Source: the human T2T-CHM13v2.0 reference genome, Homo sapiens | NCBI RefSeq assembly: GCF_009914755.1 | Contig: NC_060941.1 | Reading direction: 5' to 3' (one strand) | DNA: 64,000 nt | Part shown: piece by piece, positions 55,940 through 64,000 of the stretch | How the letters are laid out: the number at the start of each line of letters is the position of its first letter | Position numbering within the stretch: the first letter of the stretch is position 1 | The notes under the pieces: model-generated | Databases searched by the model: none | Told to the model about the DNA's origin: nothing | What the model saw: only the letters and a program-made list of their open reading frames with translations | Program-made: the position numbers and the translations under genes

Positions 55940-56573
55940 TGAATTCCCAAGAAGCAGATGATTCATATAAAAGTTGATTTGTTTGCTTTTAAAAGACTAT
56001 TCCCCAAGAACTACCAGTGGAAAATCAGGGAAGTGAGACAGAGAAGAAAAGAAGGCATTCTCTATGCCAACAAATGCCAAGTAAGAGGCATGTATTTAGC
56101 AAACTCCCACAAAGCATCACCCTATAGGGAAGTTCTCAAAACTGTGCAGTTCACACATTAAAGTTGTCCCAGTAAGGGACGAGAGGGCTGGGCTATTCAT
56201 TCCTCCCTACCTGAGTATCATCAGTGAGGAGTTGGCAGGAGAGACAAGGGAGTATATGAAATCCCAGGCCCCACATGAAGGCTCTCTGTGTCCCCAGTGT
56301 GTGGTCCAGTGGGTCTCAAGCTTCAGCAAATCAGAATCAGCTGGAAGGCTTGCTAAAATAGTTTCACATTCAGTAGATCTGGGGTGAGACTCAGTAATTT
56401 TTACTTTTGACACATTTCCAAGTGCACTGCACTTTGAGAAGGGCTGATATAGCATTACGAGTCTTTAGGCAAAGAGACACAGATGCTGGCTATTAGGATT
56501 ATAGCAACGGGAGCTGACCCAGATGAAAACCACACAGTGATCCTAGATGGTATGCAAAGAACACTATGGAATA
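55940..56573 (-). mobile_element. LTR16-family ERVL LTR, interrupted by MER5A
   Basis: cccaagaagcaga…agggaagtgagacagagaag…agttgtccca…. Confidence 0.55.
56307..56446. mobile_element. MER5A
   Basis: cagtgggtctcaa…atcagaatca…ttcagtagatctgggg…cactttgagaa. Confidence 0.78.
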
Positions 56574-58069
56574 CAATGGAAGCAACGAGATTAGGATCTA
56601 GATCTGTCTGAATCCAAAGCTGGTACTCTAAAACTGCGTGATGACACTTCTCAATTGTGTATTACAAGAAGCTACAGAATAAACCCATTTGAGGCTTGTC
56701 AAGTTCAATGGCGTATAGGCAGGAGGGGATGGGAAATCAGATTGGATAGATAATTTAGATAATTAACTTGAAATATATATTAAAATTTAAAAATATGTAT
56801 GTAAATACTTTGTTTTTCTTAACGTCAACTATCTAGTAGGCATTTTGTGTTTTCCTTTGTGTTGAGGCCAAAGAACTATCACTGCCCATTTTCACTCCCT
56901 TCAATTAAATGATGATGGCTGAAAAGTTTCACAAGCACTACATTCCTTTATCATATTTTCTATGCTGTGACTCTCATATTTCAGGTTTAATTTCACATAA
57001 TGTTTTATTCAGTAAAGGTGATTGTTTTGTAAGTCAGTAATCAAATATGATTTAATATGTGTGAGCCCTATCAATAAGCTCACAATTTATAGAAGAAACA
57101 TTTTTGAATACTTTGTTCTACATTTTGGATTTAGATAAGAGGCTGCTGGTTTACCCAGAATCACAAAGTCTCAATTCCTCCTGTCCAAGTTGAAGCCAAC
57201 TAAAAAATGCCTTGTCACATTGGGTAGGCTCAGCCTAGGGATATGCTATGAGTAGAGACAGCACAGGTAAGGCAGAAATGTTCTGGAAAGATTTTAGGAA
57301 AGAGGGTGCCAGTGCAAAGTTTATCTATGTGATGCTTTTTCCTATGGGCAGTAGGAGTATCATTTTATGCTTGCCTCAGATACTACAAAGGCTTTCTATA
57401 TGTTTACACACAGATCTTCACTGCCCCCAAGTGAAGTAAATACATGAGGTTTTGGCAGAAGTGTGAAGGCTGTTCCATGCATTTTTCATGAGAGAAATTT
57501 CAATAAAATGAATTAACTTGGTGTCCCAAACACTATGCCAACCAATGACAAGGAAGGCTGTTTACATTTGGATTGGGCAACCAGAACAGGTTGGGTTTTC
57601 TACATCCTGAGGCTTCCAGCCAGCACTTTCGGTTGATTCACATTAGAAAAAAAATTCAGTTAAAATAAAAAAGAGAGACCTGTTTAAAAAACTACCTGGA
57701 AAACACATGTTAGGAAATTCAACCTCTTTTTATTTAAATGGAATTCCTTGAAAAACAATTACCATCATACATAGAATTTCAGTTTATACATGCGAAGGTA
57801 GTTGCAGCTTTGACCCAAATTACCTCAATTATTTACAGGCCTTGATTAACTGAAATGCCCATTTAGTTGAAGCAAAGTGTTTTGTTTTTGAATTTTCTGA
57901 ACGAGGGCCATTCTTCCATACCAACTGAACATAGTGTATAATCCTGGGACCCTCCAAACATACTGAGTAGGCAAATTATAACAATATAAATATTAATTGG
58001 AAATAGGAAATATAGATAACAGAAATATAAAATATTTTTCTATGTCAGCTCATCATCTCCTATCTAGAG

Positions 58070-58246
58070 GAGTGATTCTCCAAGTAGGGTCTCTGGATCA
58101 GCAACAACCACATCACTTGGGAACTTAGTACAAATTCTAGGAGCCGTAGCCTAGACCTACAGAACTCAAAGTCTGCGACCCCATAATATGTGTTTTAACA
58201 AGGCTTCCAGCTGATTATGATACATGCCAAAGTTGGAGGACCAGAG
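58070..58246. mobile_element. MER5A
   Basis: agtgattctccaagt…catcacttgggaactt…tgtgttttaaca…aaagttggagga. Confidence 0.8.
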
Positions 58247-58825
58247 CTGGATAATATTTAATGACTGAATGATAGTAATAGAACTCAGAATAGTAGGTAA
58301 CACAGTGTGATGCCATTATCAGAGGTAATTTTGTGTCTTCACAAAATAGAAAAACATACTTACATACATAAATAGAAAAAAACGAGGCAGAAAGAGACAG
58401 CATGTGAAATGTTAATAGTCAGCATTATAGGCTATTTATTTTTGCCATAAGCGTTTTGTTGTTTTCCATGATTTCTTCATTGAACAAATGGTTTTGTGAT
58501 TAAATCTTAAAGAGAAACACAAGAGATACCCCGAGGTGTATTGTGGTGCAATAAGAAATTGTGCCTAATTCTACTGTAGCAATTTACAAAGCAACAATCA
58601 TCTAGTATGTAGCAGGTGTATGTTGAAGGCATTGCTCTCTTCATAAAGTATGGGCAACTGTCATCACACAGCTTATAACCTCATTTTCACCTGCCCTTAA
58701 GGTAGTTGCTTTAAACTGCTGGCACACAGCTGATTGAAATGTGGGGAATCCCTGGCTGAGAGCTACCTTGCTGGGTGCTCTCTATTCACATTCTTTCTGG
58801 GAATGGAACATCTCCCTGGCTCTGG

Positions 58826-59102
58826 TTTGTACATGTGGTCGTCATGGCTTCTTTGTTAGCATTTGAGGCTTTTATATATATTTTATATATGCATATATAA
58901 ATAAATATTTTATATAAATATATACAAATAATATATTATATAAATATATGATTTATGTATATATAACCATATAAATATATGATTTATATATATAAGTATA
59001 TACATATAAATAGAATATGTTATATAAATATATATTTTATATATAAAAATATATAAAGGTTCAAATGCTAACAAAGAAGCCATAAATACCCACATTTACA
59101 AA
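58826..59102. repeat. Inverted repeat enclosing an AT-rich spacer
   Basis: 58844-58866 is the exact reverse complement of 59061-59083. Confidence 0.95.
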
Positions 59103-59280
59103 ATATATATAAAATCTATATATATGTGTGTGTGTTTGTGTGTGTGTGTATACATATACATATATAAGTGAGCCAGATGGTGATTGTGAGTGCTTATTTT
59201 TGGGAAAATATCTGAAGCCATCCTTGCAGAGTTAAAGAAAAAAAAGTCAGACAAGGTCTTTCTGAATGTCTGATATGATT

Positions 59281-59711
59281 TGTTAAATTAAATTTAACCT
59301 AGAGCTGCCCCTGTACGTATTTTTAAGTTGGGCCTAAGTGTTTCTCATTCATAGTGAACTGTAACCTAACTGGGTGTGTAAACAGACTGTAAGTTACTCT
59401 TGTTAACGAGAAGTCACGTCTCAGCCAATCCCAGCAGCCATACTTTGACCACTCACAGGTGGCCAACTGTTCAAACCATGTGCAAATAAGGCAAACACTG
59501 AGGTGTAACGACCACGGCTGTTTCTGGACCTCACTTCCTTTTCTGTGTGTCACTTTCCTTTTCCTGTCTGTAGGTCATCTCCAAGTGTGCAGCAGCTGAC
59601 ATTGTTCTGAACCTATTCTGGTTGCAGGAGGGGTGGAAGGAGGCTGCCAGAATTGTGAATTGTTCTTTGCTCAGTTAAACTCTGTTAAATGTAATGAGTG
59701 TTAAGTAAACA
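59281..59711 (+). mobile_element. MER57 (ERV1) solo LTR
   Basis: tgttaaattaa…gtgaactgtaacctaactgg…caaataaggcaaac…aaca; TG/CA ends, 4-bp TSD gatt. Confidence 0.88.
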
Positions 59712-59764
59712 GATTCTATGGTGGAACTGCCAAGGAATTCAGAAGCAAGTTCTGGCTTCCAAAG

Positions 59765-60263
59765 CGTATTAGTTTCTTGTTGCTGCACTAACGAAGTACC
59801 AAAAACTTAGTGGCTTAAATCAACACCGATGTATTGTCTTACAGTTGTGGAGGTCAAAAGTCCTAAAATCAAGGAGTTGGCAGAGTTATGTTTCTTTTAG
59901 AGGCTCCAGGGAAGAATCCATTTCCTTCCTTTCTTTATCATCTGGAGACTGCCCGCATGCCTTGGTTTATGGCCTCCATCCAACAATTTCCTCACTCTGA
60001 CCTCTGTTTCCTCTGCTTCCATCATCATACATATCATATCTCCTTCTCCGACTCTGTCCTGTCCCGCTTACCCCAACACACTTGAAGGATGCCTGTGATT
60101 CCACTGGGCCCACCCAGATAATCCAGGATAATCTCCCCATCTCAACACCATTAACTTAATAACATCTGCAAAGTTCTTTCTGCCACGTAAGGTAACACAT
60201 TCACAGGTTCTGGGAATTTGGACATGCACATTGGAGAGGGGGCAGTATTCTGCATGTCATACA
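59765..60263 (-). mobile_element. MLT1C/D LTR
   Basis: gtattagtttc…aacttagtggcttaaa…gggcccacccagataatccaggataatctccccatctcaa. Confidence 0.88.
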
Positions 60264-62278
60264 AAGGAAGAAAGCTTTCAATACTGAACTCTATTGTTCT
60301 TTATCCACGTAATAAACTAATACTGAACTTCTTTTATTCCTGTCACATTTGTAAAAGATTGAGGGACAAATCTAAAGGGTTATATAAATGTTATCATTGA
60401 CAATGCCAGAATCCATACAATGAGCTAATGGAGAAAACCAAGCTTTATTTGGCAATATTATGTTGAATTTCTGATTCATTGTACGTTAAAGAAAATAACT
60501 CCAATGTTTGTATTTATTAAAATGGTTCTGCATTATGCATATAAAATTGGACCACAATGCACGTTCTGTTTTTAACCCTCTTTTCATTATTCTCTCATGA
60601 AATATTTCCTTATGTTAGGATTCATTTACTAAATTTCACAAAACCATAAATTATGCAATTTCTCTAATATTATTGGAGATGTCATTTGTTTTTTATTTGA
60701 ATGTTTAAATTTCATAAACAATTTTATGTTGAACATTCTAACCAATAAATCCATGCATGTCCATAATCATTTCTGTAACATAAAATGACTATGACAAAGA
60801 ATTATTTAATATTTTTAAAATACTTACATCCATAATTGATGATATCAGCCCCCTAAAATCACATATAGCTAACAAGGTAAATATAACAACATTTGGGCTG
60901 TTCCATTCATTTTCAAAGAATTTTTTCTATAACTTCATTGGGGGATAGAAAGCTCAGAGTCAAGAACATAAATTATAGAATAGAACATCTATTTTTTTAT
61001 TTACAGAGTTGGTAAGTAAACACATTTAAGATCTAGGTCTTTAAACACTCTTTATTTAAAATGTGTGGCATGTAATTCCATATCTACAAAGAGCAACTTA
61101 CCTTTGCCATGGGCAGAGACAGCTCACAGTAGTGAATGTGTGTAATCAGAAATAAAAAGATGGATAACTTCAAGAAAGTAGCGGGAAAACTAGCAAAATG
61201 CTTAGGCAAGACCCATGCCAAATTAAATTTTGTTGAAGGGCAATACCTGCAGGATGATTTTTCAAAGACACAAAAATTAAAGTTGATGCTCACCAGTGTA
61301 ATCGAATCATCAAACGTTCCCACTGCCCTGCTGACTTACATACCAGTGAGAAAAACTAATAGTATTATTTGATGTAAAGTGTATTAACGTTGAATGCTGA
61401 GATCATAGAAATTAATTGGAGGACTTTTATTTTAAAATTATAGGATGCAAATAATAACAGCAAACATTAAATGTTGGCCTAGGTCTGAATATTACTGAAG
61501 TCAATCGTCTTATTATGCTCATTACTCTTCCAAAGAGTAAAAAAGTGCATAGAAGAGAAGATTTTAAAATTAAGTAAATGATTAAATCACTTTTGAGAAC
61601 ATTAAAGATGACATGCTCATGATATAAAATTAGGAGAGTTAAGCCAATATCTGTATTTGTATGTAAAATCAATATAATGTAAAATCAATTTTTACATCAA
61701 AGTGAAATAAATTTTGCAAAAGATAAGTACGTGTGTGTACATATTCATATAATCTTATATATAGCAGTGGTCTTGAAATGGTAGAGTCATAAATGATTTA
61801 AGTTTATTTTTAGTATCTTCTTTTGTGTAATAAAGATGATAGTATATTTCCTAGTAATCAACAAAAATTCATAACTGTTTTAAAAACAGAAGTAAAGGTG
61901 ACCTATTGAAAGCTTTATTGGACCTTTACAAATAGGGTACACTAAGCAAAGTGATCGTTTTTCGCTATTAATATTACAGGTATGGTGGTAGACACAAATA
62001 CGTTCTGTGCTCAATTTGTAAGACTAGCAAAATGTATAATATCTAAGGAAAATTGTAAAATATATCCATTATACTTTATCTTTTTTTGAAAAATATAGCA
62101 ACGATTTAAGTAGAGGGATGAAACATTATAATGACACACTACAGTCGTATTACAAAGTTCAGACAAGGCTTTTGGGTCTGCTATCAAAGTTTTAACTTAT
62201 CAGCTATTTTACAAGAATCAATATACCTCAGGATCTGGTTCTCTTGACTTCAAACATTATATGATCACAATGACTAAG

Positions 62279-62810
62279 AGCAATCCCATTACTGGGTATA
62301 TACCCAAAGGATTATAAATCATGCTACTATAAAGACACATGCACATGTATGTTTACTGCGGCACTATTCACAATAGCAAAGACTTGGAACCAACCCAAAT
62401 GTCCATCAATGTTAGACTGGATTAAGAAAATGTGGCACATATACACCATGGAATACTATGCAGCCATAAAAAAGGATGAGTTCATGTCCTTTGCAGGGAC
62501 GTGGATGAAGCTGGAAACCATCATTCTCAGCAAACTATCACAAGGACAGAAAACCAAACACTGCATGTTCTCACTCATAGGTGGTAATTGAACAATGAGA
62601 ACTCTTGGACACAGGGTGGGGAACATCACATACTGGGGTCTGTAATGGCATGAGGGGATGGGGGAGGGATAGCATTAGGAGAAATACTGAATGTAAATGA
62701 AGAGTTGATGGGTGCAGCAAACCAGCATGGCACATGTATACCTATGTAACAAACCTGCACGTTGTACACATGTACCCTAGAACTTAAAGTATAATAGTAA
62801 TAATAAAAAG
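62279..62810 (+). mobile_element. L1PA (PA5-7-like) 3' end
   Basis: ORF2 C-terminus (MFTAALFTIAKTWNQPKCPS…) plus 3' UTR ending accctagaacttaaagtataat. Confidence 0.95.
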
Positions 62811-64000
62811 AACACCTTAGTTTTAATCAAATCATAAAGACTATGGGTCTAGCAAATGCCTGGTGCAACTAGAAAAGGCAGCATAAATTGAAGTCCCAGA
62901 CTTTCCTTGAGACATAGGCTGCTTTTGAACACTATGTTGATCTCAGCTTGGGAACTGAAAATCACTTGTAAGGAATTCAATTCAATTTCTTTAATCTTTG
63001 AACTCATGAAATTAATGCAGGTGAGGTTATTTGTTTTCAGTGAGCCATTTAATATAACGAAGGAGGGTTTTTGTAATCCCTAATTAATTTTTGCCCTCAA
63101 CCCACCAATTGATTAATAACCCAGGGGAGTGAACAGTCAGCCACCTGCCCCTCCCAAATAAGTGCTACTGCCATTAGGAATGTCACATTCAAAATCACCG
63201 TTGTTAAAATAATAACAAATTTGAGTAAAAGGTGATGGCATTAATGAGTCAAACGAATTTCAATTCTTACTGATTAATTGGTAAAATTTATATCATCATA
63301 AGCCCTGCAAATCTACCTTAAATAAATGTAGAAATGGAGAAATGAGCTATGGTTTTTATTGAGACTACGTCTACTATCCAAACAAATGTTTTTTTTGGGG
63401 GGATGGGGGGTGAGCATAATATAATATAGAACTGTGCAAGATGACTGGCTGCTATATTTAACTCAGATAAACACATAACAAATCATTATTCTGTAGTGAG
63501 AAGGCACACCTCATAGGCTCCTTTTTCTTTTTTTTTTCTGTCTTTTTTTTCTTTCCTCGGGGCCTGGATATAAGACCACAGCCATCTAAATAATCCTCCA
63601 GAAATAAACCAATGAAATTGTGAGTCTGACAACAGACACAGTATTATACCTGCAGCTGGTAAATGTTTCCATAGTCCAACCACCTTTCCAGTAAAAATTT
63701 TGTCCCCGGGGGAAAGTCAGCAGCAGCTAAGATTTTAACTACTTTTCTGCAACAGAAAAGTTTGGAGCAATTGAGCCTTTATAAATTTTAATATTTATGA
63801 CTTTTATTTTTCTTAGGGAATTACCCACCCATCAAGTATATTGTGAAAATACTACTACTGTATTACTAAATTCCCATAAATAAATTCTTTTGAAAAATCT
63901 GGATGATTAACTATGAGGCTGCCTCGTAAGAAAATAAATAATTCCAAAATCATTTTGTTATTTTCCATAATTTGCTATGTTCATAATTAGTGAATGTGTA

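Noticed and set aside
61136-61372. 78-aa protein-looking ORF (MDNFKKVAGKLAK…)
   Set aside because: No recognisable family and no splice or promoter support; length is within chance. A BLASTp/PhyloCSF hit would reverse this.
62349-62591. 80-aa ORF matching the L1 ORF2p C-terminus
   Set aside because: Real homology, but only the tail of a 5'-truncated L1PA.

Overview
This is AT-rich primate (human-like) non-coding DNA, either intergenic or deep intronic. I find no supportable protein-coding gene: the listed ORFs are Alu-, L1-, LTR- or microsatellite-derived, or chance ORFs. The window is a mosaic of retroelements (12 Alus, L1PA/L1MA/L1ME pieces, L2, MIR), MaLR/ERVL/ERV1 LTRs that are densest at 45-60 kb, and DNA-transposon relics (MER1B, MER20, MER58A, MER5A, MADE1, Zaphod-like). 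All subfamily calls are by eye from remembered consensus sequences and need RepeatMasker/Dfam confirmation. The most notable items are: (1) a ~277-bp AT-rich palindrome with a perfect 23-bp complex inverted core (58826-59102); (2) a CpG-retaining, motif-dense candidate promoter/enhancer (34490-35100); (3) a 35-nt U2 snRNA retrocopy with target-site duplication; (4) an L1MA with both ends retained but most coding sequence deleted; (5) a strong CTCF motif and a perfect RFX X-box; (6) several fold-back micro-hairpins, one clearly arising inside an AluY. I see no evidence of a new multi-gene system.
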